A stretch of DNA of 64,000 nucleotides from Raillietiella orientalis (lineage: Eukaryota): positions 3,100,001 to 3,164,000 of the forward strand of contig JAYWIR010000007.1 in the NCBI GenBank assembly GCA_036172245.1, read 5' to 3'. Every line of letters begins with the position of its first letter. The stretch's first letter is position 1. Below the pieces are notes generated by a model, which saw only the letters and a program-made list of their open reading frames with translations, was not told where the DNA came from and did no database searches. Below, piece by piece: positions 13,900 to 27,340 of the stretch. A program made the translations under genes and the position numbers.

Positions 13900-16370
13900 A
13901 CTACTGGAACTCGGCAACTTGATTTCTCTCTGATGACGTGCCAAAGCAATTGGTACATAGTCAAACTTAAGCCAGGAATCAAAATGAGTGTTGTTGCAAC
14001 TCTTCACCTTAGGCACAATACACAACTGAAATTAAAAAAGAAATGGGAAGCTACAGTGAGTGTTTTACCTGACCACTGGGGAAGAATTAAAGAGAATTGA
14101 AAATGTGAGAAATCAAGTGAATGGGTGAGGCTAATCTGCCGCCATCTCCTAGGTGATGATGGAAACTCATGAAGAATTCCCTTTATAAAGTGCATCTATT
14201 GCTATTCCAATTCGTCCAATGATGTGTATTCATTTTAAAACCCTCTTCTTTACATGTGTTTGAAGCTGCTGAAAACATACTGGAAGATAAGAGAATTAAT
14301 GGAATTCATTCCAGAAGCATCAATTTCACACTGATGACAGGAAACGTCATGTCCAATACCGTTGTTTAGCTTTCATCTTTCGGCTAAAGCTGCAAAAACT
14401 GTAATATCAAATTTTAGATTCTTGGTCAGATGTTCTTGCAATCTGTTGGCCCTATAAGGTACTCTCTGCTGAATAGTAAGATTACTCCCTCATCAAACGC
14501 GGACTGCTCTCTCGACTGGATACCTAAATATTTACACTTTTTTTTGTTTTCCCCATCATGAGTCTTCCAAGGTGATTGCGTAATCCACGACATTCGTTCT
14601 TTGGTGTTCAGAAAAACAGATCAACTTAGACAGAGTGCTCAGAAAAGAACCAAAATGTGTTGCATTTTCATTTTTCCCTTCCCGGAAACGCCTTTGCTCC
14701 TCCTTCCTACTTGACAGAGGAAGAAAAAAAATGCGTGAGTGCTGAATGCACGGAAATTTTGCATTCGTTTCAAACCAGGTGTCAAGAAACGTGAAGCGTT
14801 CCTCTATGCAGGAAGCATGGAGGAACGACATTCCTTCACTTACTCATCAAACCAGAATCCGAAAGGATCAGCAGCAGGAAGCCTGGGAGTGAACTCTGCA
14901 TACTGAGACTGCTATAGGAAACATGTCTGTTCCTCCTACAAGCAATTCCTTCAGAAGAATTCTTTGGTTTTTTGAGGAAAGTCAGCAACAGGTAATGCCC
15001 TGAAAAGAAAATCCAGCGTTGTACCCGCCGCATACAGATGAGGGGGTTCTGGAAAAAAGCAACTCTGTAACGTGAAACAAAACATTTCCTTCACAAGGTT
15101 TCCAAACCCTACAGGAACTTCTAGCAGCCTTGAAATCGCTGTATGCTGACTGCAGATTTCCTTCTGGAAAGGAAGCTTGAAGGCACTGGGCACTTGTACG
15201 GGAAGGGAGCTGTTTGACGAAACAAACAGCATGCAACTTTTAGATTCCGGAATTAGGCAGCGACAGTGAATTTCGTTAGCAAAAGAACTCGACGTAAAGA
15301 TTTCAACATGCTGCCATTGCAATCCGCATCAGCAGCCTTCTAAGATGGCATCGTGGAAGCACTAAAAAGAATCTCTGCCACGGCCTGAAGCTTCCAGATG
15401 AGTACGACACCATTCTGTTGCCGAAATGTCACTCATTTTTCTGTGAAGGTACAAAGATCAAACATCCGAGCCATTCTGCTCATTTGCTGATTCACTCTTT
15501 CTACACGAACGATTTCATGATGACCTTTTCAGCTTGATTCATATCAAAAGGCTCGCACCAAAAGGTCAAATGCAGATCACCTTCCGCCTACCCATCACTT
15601 TAGAATGCCTGGAGCATTCGTGCAGGACCCCTTGCTTTGCCTGGATTCCGACTGCTCAGATCCAGTTAGGGCACTCATCTTGTGCTCACGGATATTGAAT
15701 GAGTTCACGACGGAGAGATGATCTTCGTGCTCAGGGGCTCTACGAGGTCGATGGGATTCGGATCTGCGCGATCGTAGTGGAGACGGAAAATCTTCGTCAA
15801 AAAGTTTATTGCACCCGGATCCCTAGTGGGAACCCAGGGTTCTTGACTCTTCAGGTGGAGACGCGTACTTTTGTGGGCCCATGAGCTGGAGATGGACAAA
15901 GGCTCTCATGTGCTCGTAAAGGAAACTCCTCAAGTTCTCTGCAAGATCAAAAGGATTCTATCCAGTTCTTTGCAGTCTGGAAAGAATTCGGGGAAGACCT
16001 TCGAAATGGAGACCTTGAAATTCTGCATCCGGAATCCTTGCATCCCGCCACTAGCCACATGACAGTTCGCCGTTTCCCTGCTTCGGGGAAGAAGAGTCGC
16101 CGCTTCTTTTTCACCTCACTGCAATAAATTTGCCTCACCAATCCTGGATGGCATGTGGCACAACTCCGTTCGCTTCTCGTTCCTGAAGAATTTCAGAAAT
16201 CATTTTCTCCATGAAAGTCATCTGACGATCCTTTTAGAGTGAGGCTGAAACTCTCTCCAATTTATATGAATTTTTGTTTCTGTAAACCGCATCTCCGTTC
16301 AATTTTACAGTAACCTGCTCGACCGTACAAAATTTGGTGGTGACCTCAGCGACGAGCGGTGTACGATGTC
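13900..16370 (-). mobile_element. Decayed RTE-like LINE ORF2 (end of APE through RT)
   Basis: Minus-strand motifs in order: GHHQIL (SDH region, about 16340), AYSDFKAA (FxDFxKAF, about 15135), a degenerate QG/LSP region near 14880 and VVDYAITL (DYADD-like, about 14580). Confidence 0.45.
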
Positions 16371-16477
16371 ATCAATGGTTTTTTACATTCTTTCCATGAA
16401 ACACTCTTTTATACATCCTTCAAATGGAGCACAACCCAAAGCTTCTTTCTTCTCTTTAACTCTCTGTCTCGCGGATC

Positions 16478-17050
16478 CTTTTTTTTTTTTTTTTTTTTGA
16501 CTCAGCACTTATCAGGAAGGACTTCAGGGACTAAGACGTGTCTGAGGATGTTTACGATGAGCACAAAGGTTTCAGACAGGCAGTCCATGCAATTAAAGCC
16601 GACTCGTGAAATTCCAGTGAGATCCCTGGGATATCCATTTGCGAGTCCTTACACGAAGATGATGTCGCGCTTTACATGCGCGTCGTGGATTTCAAGTGGA
16701 TTGCCAAGTACCAAGTTTTCGAGAGAAAAGAGCACTTTTATTGGTACAGTCCAGTTTGCAGAAAGTTCGTACTCCTCCCGACTGCCGCCGTTGGAGACGG
16801 AAGACGAAAAGAACACGAAGCATCCTCACCGTTCACGAACTTTTGAGAAGATGCAGAATTTTTGAAACAACGCCGTCCTCCATGCAGTGGCAGCGCACAA
16901 GAAAAGGGAAGTGTATGATGCATGGGTTTTGAACTTTCTCCAGGTCAATGGAAAATGAAGAAGGAGTCAATCTTGCGTTTACTTCTCCTCCTGCTGTGAC
17001 CATTGCGTTCCTCTAGCAACTTCTAGTTGCCTTCTTGCGCTGAATCCCAT
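16478..17050 (-). mobile_element. Decayed LINE RT fragment ending at a poly(A)/poly(T) run
   Basis: Minus strand gives FSIDLEKVQ (IDLEKAFD), TGLYQ (GxxQG) and a degenerate YADDI region. T-run at 16478-16498. Confidence 0.45.
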
Positions 17051-17844
17051 AAAGTTATCGTGAAGCTAACTTACTGAGCTATATGTGTAAGAATTTACTT
17101 CTAGTATCGCTATATTCCAAAAACAATGAAAAAAATGAAGTGGACATCGTTGGTGTATCTCTTTTTTTTTTTGGTTTCATTTCCGATTCGCAAATGTATT
17201 TACAATTTATGCGTGCGTCCATGTTGCTTCCTAACTACGAGGGAAAATTGTTTCTGGGAGAATACGTGGAGCTGGTTCTTCAGATGAAGTCCAACAGTGG
17301 CCACTTTAGAAACCTGAATGAAGGTCGAGCATTCTTTCGAATTCGGTTCTGGTAATGAAGGGATGCTGCGGTGGCAGAGTGGGTGCTGAAGGCGTCTCTT
17401 GATCCCAATTCGCATAGATGGTGAGTTCCATGCTTTGGAAACACTGGAATATTGGTAAGTGTTCGCTGTAACCATAGGATCACCCTATCCTGGTAACGTT
17501 CCCGTGGATGCCGATTTAAGAACATCCATCGCGGAGGTATTTGGGAATTTCGCTTCTGTTTGAAAACCAGTAACCTTGGGAACGATTTGCACAAGGTGAT
17601 TGGATGGTGGAGAAGAACTGCACTCTTCGCTGAAGCATAACGCGAGGAATTGTGCAGCATTGGTGATGACTGATGAACTGTGACCCTTCAGCTCGACAGC
17701 CATCACTCTCTCACAAGTTCAGAACTATTCCGAAAAGCTGCTCCAGTGCTGGGCACATCTGAGACCTGGAATGAAAATTTCCTGCTGAAACTCCAGAAAT
17801 GCTGAAGCACCTACGTGGAGGAATTGGTAGTAGAGCAAGACAGC

Positions 17845-19955
17845 CCGCGTTGGCGGTCACGCGTGGTACCGTGCACTGCGGGCTCGAATTTCCACGTGGA
17901 GGATGGACTCCGAGAAACGGATGCGTCGTGAGTCCCGAGTATCCTCAGCAAGGTAACGCTAGTTGGCCCATGGGCTCCGGGTGCAGCACTGGTTGACAAC
18001 AGGGCGTTTGTTCATTGAAAATAAACACACAAGTCAGTGGCAGGATGCGTGGTCCTTCCACATTACATATATATACGAAAATGAAGCTGCCGAGAACCGG
18101 CACGCAGACCGGAGAGGTTCGTTTCGGCAGCGGGGGGGAAGTGGAAACAAACAAAAAGAAAAATAAACAAAAAAGTGTACTCAAAAAAAAAAAAAATTGG
18201 GAGGGTTTGGGAAGGAATCCACGGGTTTTGGAGGTGTCCTTTGCATCCTTGTAAGGATGCCGGCAACTTACTGTTCCGACACTCCCATAAGGAGCCATCT
18301 TGATGTTATCCTCATGAAGAGGACAGCAAAATAGATGCCGTACCTGTTCTGGGCTTTTCTGCGTTGCTCCATGGAGCCATGATCCCGCGTAGGCAGCAAA
18401 GTGCTGCGAGGGATGGACCAGCGTGAGGACGTCGCTCAGGAAGAGCCGCTTTCAAACGTCTCTGGCGTTGCCGCTGGGAGTTCCAAAGGTCGCAGCAAAG
18501 CGTCCCAAACGGGGCGGAGGACAATACAGTTCACTAGGAGGTGCAGGAAGGATTTCTGCTCCCCGCACTTTGCACAGTTTGGATCGATTTACAACACCCC
18601 CTGTCCACAGATGCCGGCGGGCGTTGCATGGGAGTCCCCAGTGCAGCAGCGGCATCACCATCTCCTGACACTTTAAGAGGAGGGTACGGGTGTTCATGAG
18701 CACCGCGGCCCACTGCAGGTCTTCCTCCGTAATACCCAGTAGCACACTTCATCTTGAAAATTCAGTGTGTTCGAGCGCTCGGGTCGCAACTGGCCCGTCG
18801 TCCACTCGCCCAGTCCTCTTCTCCTTCCGGAATTTCCACAGTAACCTTCCATAGCAGTAAGTCTGCTGCCCATGTGCTTCTTAAGGGAGGACGGCGCAGC
18901 GGCGAAGGAGGTTCTGCTTTCCCACGCACTCTTCGCGGGATCTTCCAGGATCTCCTAGAAGGTGCAGTTGTGGGGCGCGCACAGGGAACGTCGCACCTGT
19001 TCCGCGCTTGGCTCCTGGATCTTCACCCACGTGCGAACGGTTTCCTGCAACCAGGCACTACAGTTCTCGGGACGGCACGAGATCCATCCGTTTGCCTCGC
19101 CAGCGTGGTCACCTGCCGAAGGTGCATTCCGCCGTGGGTGAGACTGCGTGGAGGGCGCGCAAGGAAGGACGCGAATCCCACGCTGCCGGTGGCTCTCTGG
19201 ACGAGAAGACATGCAGGTTGGCACCAGGCAGTGTTTCAGAATTTTTCCAAGAGGGGAAGTGTTCAAAACTGGAGCTTCAGCTCCATTCGCTCCAGCGTCA
19301 GGAGGCCTAGGCCGCCTTCCCGGCGCCGAGCACATAAGACCTTTAGGCGAACTCGGGGCCTCCCTTTGCCCCAGAGGGCGATCCGGAGAAGGTCATCTGT
19401 CTGTTTCCTATTGCTGCATGGCGGGGGGCAAACAAAAATCAGGGGGTGGAGGAGGGGGTCACAGTGAGGCCCGTTCCGGTAGGTAAATCTCTTTGGAACG
19501 GGTCGAGCGCCTGCAGTGTTTTCTGAAGACGGCTCTCTGACACGAATGCAGCACTGGTGAAAGCCGGAAACCGGAAGCTCCCGTTGACTGGCCAGGATTA
19601 GGTAGTTGATCCTCCAGGGTCTTACAGGAACCAAGGAGCTGGTTGGTTCCGGGGCTCCCCTCTGGTTGTGAAAATGGAGCCGTCCCCTTCCTCGAAGAGG
19701 AGCCCTGTATCAAGTACCATGGAGCGGGTTGATACCTCTCCAGAGTGTCAAGAGAAAGCGCTCTGCTCCCTTCGAGGAGAGTTCTTCGGAGAAACTTGGA
19801 AGTGCCCCTTCCGGGTGCTATTCAGAAGAGGAAACAAGGAGCGGATCCTCTCCGGGTTCCCTTCGGAGAAGGAATAAGGAGTGCCCTTCCCCCTCCTGGG
19901 GTCGCTCTAGAGAGAATAAGGAAGTGATTTCCTTCAGGGTTCCTTTCGGAGACAA
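17845..19955 (+). mobile_element. Composite tRNA-derived SINE, copy 2, split into 17845-17993 and 19547-19955 by a LINE insertion
   Basis: The 5' half matches the reverse complement of 11640-11790 up to GCAGCACTGGT. The 3' half resumes with the same 12-mer and matches the reverse complement of 11380-11650. Confidence 0.75.
17994..19546 (-). mobile_element. 5'-truncated L1/Tx1-clade LINE with 12-bp TSD (TGCAGCACTGGT at 17982-17993 and 19547-19558)
   Basis: Minus strand encodes IALWGKGRPRVRLKVLCARRREGGLGL (L1-clade post-RT motif) and a zf-RVT-like region LLHWGLPCN...CAKCGEQKSFLHLLVNC. A U-rich 3' UTR follows. Frameshifted. Confidence 0.85.
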
Positions 19956-21039
19956 CTGAGACTCAGCATCTCCACCCGCCGCTCACTGCCGAAGTCCCTT
20001 GAGAATCCCAGCATGAGCGCGTGGACCAAGCAGACCCACCTCGTGGCAACAATGCTCTCGTGAGGAGGGCCCTTAGCAGCAACCAAACGCCGAAGTGACA
20101 AGTCTCCTGCAAGATCGCAAGCATGAGGAAGCTGATAAGTCGAGGGACCATGGGGGAGCTAGCGGATGCTGCGACCCCGAGTGCCCTTCCGCGAGGACTG
20201 CAGCGCCGGTTCGAGCTGCTCAGTATTTTTAGCGAAAACCTGGAGTGACCCCCAGTGCTCAAGAACAACAGAAGTGGGAGATCACAGGAGTCGGCACTTC
20301 CGCTCTTGCATGATGTCCTCCTCCCGCACGCTCAGACGACCGAGACGGTCCGGTTCCCCGCTTGCAATGTGCTGAAGACTTCCGGCAGAAAGCACTCTGC
20401 CTGTCTCCTTGTCGGAAACCGGACTTCCGTTTCTTGCCACCGGCGATACGAAAACGAATAAACCACATAGTGCCGGCGAATTTCGTTTGTCAGCGTGCAG
20501 TTTGCATCAGCTTTCCTGCAGTGTTCCGTAGCCACTGAAATATCTTCCGCAGAGATCAAGGACTTTTGCATGATTTCGTACCTTCTTTAAAAGCAGAGGA
20601 GTGGGAATGGAGAAGCTTCAAGAGATGCCTGCTGGATGAGAAGAGGATCAGCAACAGCTGCATTCTTATTCGCACCCAGTGATGCCGGGGTCTTGTAAAA
20701 TACTATTTACCATCAAACAGTCGTGCTGAAAGCGGTGGTTATGAATGCCTAGCGGGATTCCAATTTCCAGTACAGTCTTTCGATTAGAAGGCGATTCTGG
20801 CTATAGAGGTTCTCTTAGAGAGAAACAGAAGCGCCCAGAAAGAATAAAAAGGAAAGCAAAAATAATTTGATTCTCAAATGTGGCAGGACAAGAGGAGGGA
20901 TTGCAGCTGATGTTCCCTGGCTCCCCCTGAATCCTCTCGACATGCTGGCAGGCTGCTCCTCACATCCGGCCACTTCGGAATCCAATGAAGAGTGACGACT
21001 GGCATAAGGTTTTCGTTGATCCGAGCTTTTTCGACGTAG

Positions 21040-21900
21040 TCGTGGACCACCATTACTACTATGCAGAGGTAGGCACGTCCGTAGCCATCAACCAGTACTG
21101 AGCCAAGTCATGCTGCACGGACCTTCACTTCCGACAACTGCCAGAACAACAAGCAGTCAGCACGACTCACTCACACCAACCATCTCCACCAGCAGATCTC
21201 TTAGGGATGCCTGGGAAACGCGGTTTTCGTGACAATGGTCAGCTATCAAAGAGATGTGCTTCAAAGAATGGTTCGTCGTGATTTCGGACGAGCTGTTCCC
21301 TAAACCCAAAAGAGTGATCTTTGAACCAGTCCCTTGCATGAACCTGATTTTCCTCGTTTTCGAGTGACCCTTGTTCCTTCTTCAGGAATCGACAGAACAA
21401 GAACTAGATTCTCGGCTGCTGCAAAAACCCTTCCCTCCCCAGAAAATACGCGAAGAGAGTGGCTCACACCTGCATTTAGGTGGGACAACCTCCAGAATTC
21501 AAGGCACATGACGCCAGAACTGTATGGAACAACTTTTCTTGAGCTCCCACCTTCAACCTCGAGTATCGCGCTCATTTCAGAGTCGTTGACCGGACAGCCG
21601 ACATTGACTTCACAGCCTGCAGGCCGCACGAAATGTAAATGATGCGCGCTAATCCAAAATTGTATCGACCAAAGCTGTTTCCGGAGAGCATACCACGATG
21701 GTGGTTCCCACCCTGCGGCACGGGCAACAAAAACTTTATGCTCCCCTCATTGGATCGATCAGAGGTGAATGACCTAACTTCGATCATCGCCGCCGGTATA
21801 CCGATAGGCGCGACGATCCCCAAACCAACAGAGCTTGCCGCTGTCCACTACCCTGTCGCCTCCCACTTGACACTTCCAGCCGACTGACCGAAGCGCCGAT
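21040..21900 (+). mobile_element. Possible very decayed BEL/Pao LTR-retrotransposon integrase remnant
   Basis: Degenerate motifs in the expected order: VVDHHYYYAEVGTSVAINQ (H2C2 region), KEWFVVI...RVIFEPV (K.W..LFTC..RAVHLE.V), IDRTRTRFSAAAK (SDNGTNFxGA), ISESLTGQPTLT (ExxLNxRPLT). All are weak. Confidence 0.3.
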
Positions 21901-22699
21901 GACGTTGGAAGACGGGTCATCGACCCCACAGAAGTTGAGCGCAGGCGGTAGAATGATCGTAACCTTTTGCTGCGACGGCAAAGCCAAGTTCCGTGGGCAT
22001 TTCAAGGACATCGAGACATTCAAAGTCATACCCAAAGTCCGGTGAACCATCAGCGATCAGATCAGTTACGTGCCTTCCACGCTCATGGCTGAGCTGAAGG
22101 CAAAGGGAACGTGGCAGCCACCACGCTGCCGGTACACGGAGCAGAAGGAGAATGCTCACCTCTTACAGTTCTCTGCACCCGGGGAAGAACTGGTAGATCG
22201 CCGGTTGTAGAAGGGAAGAATGGCAGAAACGAACAGATCCCTGTCCCTTGATTGACTGAAAGACTTGATTTCCTCTCGCTCGAACTTTCTTCTCTTTTCC
22301 CAACGGATAAAAAGGCAAGAATCTCTCTGGAGTCTCACTCTCGTGACAAGTCCGTCGAGCACCCTTCGCCCGTTCTTCTGCATGGCTGTGGCAAAGTGTA
22401 CACTCTTTCCCCTTAAAGGGATTCCGATGACCTGTGTGAGTGCAGTGTTGGGTCAAATAATCACCGCGGTTAGTTTCCGGCTAGCTGTCTGCTAACCCTG
22501 AGGTCAAATCTTCAATCGGAGTTTCACGATGCTAGGCGGACTTAGCCGGAACACCGCGTCAGATAACCAGCCTACCCCGTGAAGCGCAGTCTTCGAAGTG
22601 AGACCTTCCTTCCCCCTTACTTTCACAGATACTGGTTTCCAAAGGTAACCAGGAGTGGGGCGTTGGCTTTCCTTGCCGCAGGTTTCTGACAGGAAGCGA

Positions 22700-24110
22700 T
22701 CTGTCACGCTGAGAAGATGAGCTTCCGGGAACGGAGCGTTCGAACCTTGGAAAAGAAGGACGAGGGAACGACATGCAACCAACTTCCGGTCCTCATCGCC
22801 TCGATTGGTCCGAAGTCTGCGCCAAATAGCAGTCCCGTTGAGTTCTCCAGACAACCACTTGGTGCCGCAGAAGCGCACCTAGTCGTCGGGGCGCGAACTC
22901 TTTGCGCTGGGGAGGAAGGGGGCCACGGGGTGAGATCTGATACCCCCCCTTGGAGAAAGATACACTCCTTGCCTGGAAAGGAAAGTGGCTGTAGCTCTAT
23001 CTCAGAGGACCCGCGAGACGAGAGCAAAGAACGACGCTCGTCTCCAGAGACGGGCATCCCGGATCAGGAGCGCCGCGGGGCACGCGTCGGCTGCTGCCAT
23101 ACAAAGTGCACGGCCGACCCGCCTCTGAAGGAGCTGCTGAGTCAGCAGCAACCCAAGGCGAAGATCGGGGCAAACGAGGCGCTCGCGCAGCTGCGAGTCC
23201 GTGCTTCTCCTTCCGCCGCTGCTCGTAGAGCGAGAGGAGAGGGCGGTGCCGTCGCTCCAGGATGTTCCAGACCAGAGAGAGGGGAAACAGGGATCCGAGG
23301 AAAGGTAAGGGAGGATAATGAAACCCAAGCGCCTGCAGAAAGGCGGATGCGCGCTTTTGGAGGGGGGGGGGGAGAGGGGGGCTGATGAGACGGAGCTCCA
23401 GACTGGGATCGCCCAACATGCTCTCCGGCTGCGCGAGGCATGACTGGCTGGTCACCACGCGCCCTCCGAGAAGGGAAGGTCACTCCCCTCGCGCCACGAA
23501 AGCGCGGGAAGGAAAAAAGAGGCCTGCGGGTCTGCTTCTGCCGGATCAGCTGATCCAGTGAGGTGCGCCGTACGCCCAGACCCATGAATAATTGATCGGG
23601 GCTTCGCGAATGCTCATCAGGCAGACGGCGGAGGACGGCCAGAAATTCCTCCGGGGACCGAATTACCCAGAGCAATCCTCGGCAGGACCCGACGAGCAAA
23701 CCCTCTACGTGCCCCCTCTTTCCCCCTTCGCCCCTCTTCTGAAGCTGCAGGTAGATGCGCTCGTGTTTTTTTTGTTTTTTTTTCCGTTTCTTTTTTCCCC
23801 CCGAGATACAGCCAGAGGAGCGCCGGACACGACCAGTCGGGCTATCCCGGGAAGAACCTCCAAAAACCTACGACCTTACCCTGTTCTCCTCACAAGAGGG
23901 AAAAGCGAGAAACGGGAGGAGCGCCTGGCTGCTGACCTGGATCGCAGTGGTCAGCGGATGGAAAATAGTCACCTTCGGTGGGTCGTCTCTAGCAGACCAA
24001 TTGGACTGTCAGGGTCCTTCGGTCGCGCACCTTGGCGTTCAATGGGAGCGATGGGATGCAGGAAACCTCATCTCTCCGGAGAGAGATGGGGTTTCCTGCG
24101 TGCCGAGTGA
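22700..24110 (+). mobile_element. Possible C-terminal remnant of an RLE-type (R2/R4/NeSL-like) non-LTR element
   Basis: EEGGHGV (GGLG-like), ACRK...NMLSGCARHDWLVTTR (CCHC plus RH region) and IPG...NLRPYPVLL (RPD-like endonuclease motif), spread across frameshifts. Confidence 0.35.
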
Positions 24111-25249
24111 GTCCCCGGCCCAAAGATTCAGTGACGATGACCTGCATTTTCCTGCTGCTCCTCGATCGCTGCGCCTTGTGGCGGCGGAGGCCTGCGACTC
24201 CATGGCCGTGCCCGAGCTTCTCCTACCCTGCACCGAAGCCCGTGGGTGTGGCTGCAGGAGGGCAACTCTCCCTCCTCCAGCCCTTTCTCGTCGCCATGTA
24301 CTCGGTCTGATGAACTTACCCCTTCAGGTCTCGCGCACTGCCTCCGCGAGTCCCTTCGGTCCTTTGCGGTCAGAAAGCGTGCGGTGGCCCCCTCGCCCTT
24401 AGCGGACAGAACGATGACTCTGGGTCGAACGGTGCGCTTGGAGGATCAGCTAGCCGCAAGGGAAGCGGGAGGGACGAATCGCCGGGGGTGCCGAGCAGGA
24501 TAGCGACTCGGCAGCGCCTTCAGGCGGCGGGAAGAGAAAGGCGCTGCTGAGAGAAAAAGTCGGGTCACGGATGGAGGAAGAAGACCTCTCCCGTGACGGT
24601 GGGCACTGTGGGAAGTTCCCCAGGAGCGCCTGTCAGCCGTGGTCTTCTGATGTGACGATGGGAACCTAGGGTGTTGCGGAAGGAGCTCGGTTTCCATGGC
24701 GCTTATGTATGTCGGAGAGGCAATAGGGAGACAACCAACGACGCTTTTACAAGTTAGTTGAAGCAGTGGAATTGTCCGCTCGCCCTGCCATCTGTGAGCG
24801 AGCAAAAAGAAAAGGGCGCATGCCATCTGCCTCCGCAACACACCGTTTTTGCGCTGCCTCAGCTAGGAGACTTCTGTCGATTGATAGCACCCAGAAGAGG
24901 CCACTTTGTTTCCTTCTTTTCTTGCAGAAGAGACAAATAAGACAAGAAACATGCGTTCCCATTATGGGCAACAGTTTGAGATGTGCTTTTCAGATCTTTA
25001 TGCTTCGGTAGCCCTCGGAAATCATTGGAGAGTGACGAAAAACGGCTGGAGGGCATCTTTAAGGGGAAGGTTGTGCAGTATTCGTTATTGAGATGAAGGA
25101 GATGCTCTCTCCTTTTCGTCAGAGTGAGCCACCACAGGCGCCACAACTCTGGACAATTCGTACCCTTCCTTCCTGCTGAGTGGGAGCACCCCCATCCTGA
25201 GTTTTTGCAGAAGGCAGGCAGCTGCTGCTGTTCTCTCAGAGAGCTGTAG

Positions 25250-25690
25250 CTCACCCCATAGGAATGAACGAAGTGGCAAAATCTGGGATGTGGGGACGAT
25301 TCGAGCAAGAGAGATTCTGATTGGCACGCCTCTCCCCTATCCGAAGCAGACCCACGGGGATCGTGCTTTGCACCGATCCAAAGGTCACAGAAGCCTCTTG
25401 GCTAAGATCATAGCTGAAGTTGGATATACCTCCGCATGGATCCTTAAAAAGTTGTATCCTGGAAGCAGTAGTCACATTCAACTTGGATCCGCTGCAACAT
25501 GAACCGTCCCTTTCCGCAGGGGAGAGAAACAGGGACACCCCTGAGCCCACCTCTGTTCATTTCGACACTAGAACCGATCCCTTTTCGGATAATGAGGGAG
25601 CTCCGTGGAGGAGACGTCCTCTTGGAGTATGACGACGAATTGGCCATCCTGGCGGAATCAGAGGATGACGTGGAGAGTGGCTTTTCTTGA
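25250..25690 (+). mobile_element. Non-LTR retrotransposon RT core fragment
   Basis: WILKKLYPGSSSHI...FRRGEKQG/PLSPPLFISTLEP...LLEYDDELAILAES matches GVKQGDPLSPxLF and YADD, with a frameshift at the QG/PLSP junction. Confidence 0.8.
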
Positions 25691-26849
25691 TAGAAAAGTC
25701 GTGAAAGAAAAAAAAAAAAACTAAAAGATGGAGGCTCTATGCAATCTTCTTGGTCTTCGAATCGGAGGAATATCTTGCCCCCTTCTCCTTTCCCTGCTTT
25801 TATAGAAACCAGTCTGCGTGCTGGTGGTCATCTCCAATGGACTTCTGTTTTTTTTTTGTTGGTAGGGGCATCTCTTATATTCATGGGACACTGTCCCCCT
25901 CTGAGTTGTGGTTTATTTATTTTTTTTAAAAAAAATAAACGTCTCCGCGTCATCGGATAAAAATCTATTATCCTCATTCCCATTGAATAAAATCTTCATA
26001 TCTATGTTCCATTAACAACCACACTTACAAATAAACACACCACATCTCTCGCAAGAATTATTGAACCCTAAGGACCACTCTGCATGAGTCTTAGGAAGCT
26101 GTAAGTGAACACCATTTACCTGTAGTTTTGCAGAAAGCACACGTACCAATGTCATTTCTAACCCTTTTCCCCACTCTCCCCATAATGAACCCCTCTTCCA
26201 TGCAATTAATCACACCAGCCAAAAAACCCAAAGATCTAGGTTTTCCAGTACTGGACCGATGATTGGTCAGGGACCACGCAAAGGACCTGAACAGGGATGG
26301 CTAACCACAAACGGCCAAGGTCAATATTCCTGACATAGAACACTTTCCGTGTTGCAGGATGCAGATCGTACACCACGCCAGTATGTGCAATAGGAAGTCC
26401 TCAAGCTGATCGCAGGGAAGAACACACGGTTCACGTCTTCTTCGCTGTTTAATGAAGATCGCCGGTTACAGAGCGAGTTTTTTTTTCGTTTTGTTTTTCT
26501 TGCATTGGCTTGTGCTCCTTGCTCTGGAGGAGAATCATTTCACGTTCGTCTGCCGTTCCCTCCTTTTTAGCTCACAATCTTTGAAGCCGGATGGCTCACT
26601 GCAGAGAGCGTGTGCGTTTGGGAGAGTCCCAAAGAGTGTGAGTAATTCTGCCGAGGTGTTGACTTGTGTGACAGCTGACTCGATCCATGCGTCGGCAATT
26701 TTCCCATCGGCAGAGTTTTTGCCGTGTTTTTCCCTTGCTTCCGCGACTCCAAATGCGCAAGGAGCTGCACGGTGGAATTCGAAGTTTTTCACGAACCGAG
26801 ATCTCATACTGAATGCTCCGTATGAGGTGAAGTCGCTTGCCTCTTCATG

Positions 26850-27340
26850 ACACCTAATAATACGAGGTCTTATACTGGGCTGCCCTCCAGCTGCCGGAAA
26901 ATGGAAGTCGATGCGAAGTGCATGATCTCTTCACTGAACCGCTCGGAACATGGAATCCTACGCTGCGTTACGCGTGTTAGGAGCTCCCAGAACAAAACGA
27001 GGCACCTTGTGGCATCCTTCTGCCTCCAATGCACTAGAGGCATCTACTGGAATCATGCGCTTGGACGTTGCCCAGACGATGAGGATGCCACTCTGTAAAT
27101 GAACGATGGAGATCGAGCGAGGCATATCCCTTATGAACCTGAACTTCCCAACCTGACTCGACCTGACTTCTACGTCGGAGGATTTCCAAGCTCTGCTTCT
27201 CAAAAACGCAGGTGCCCCGATTCCCATCTCTAGGCGACAACCGAGAATGCTGGCTGAAATTCGCTCCTTCCAGGCTGCTGCATTCATGAAGCCTTCAAAA
27301 CGAAGGAAGACCCCGGGTTGGGGAAATTTTCTCACTAATT
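26850..27340 (-). mobile_element. LINE ORF2 C-terminal fragment (Jockey/I-like)
   Basis: Minus ORF ends RFVLGAPNTRNAA (RxxLGAPxxTRN-like). 26962-27046 is homologous to 28693-28777. Confidence 0.5.

Noticed and set aside
16359..16990. Apparent plus-strand exon or pseudogene after a strong polypyrimidine tract and CAG
   Set aside because: The T-run and open frames are better explained by a minus-strand RT remnant (IDLEK...GLYQ).
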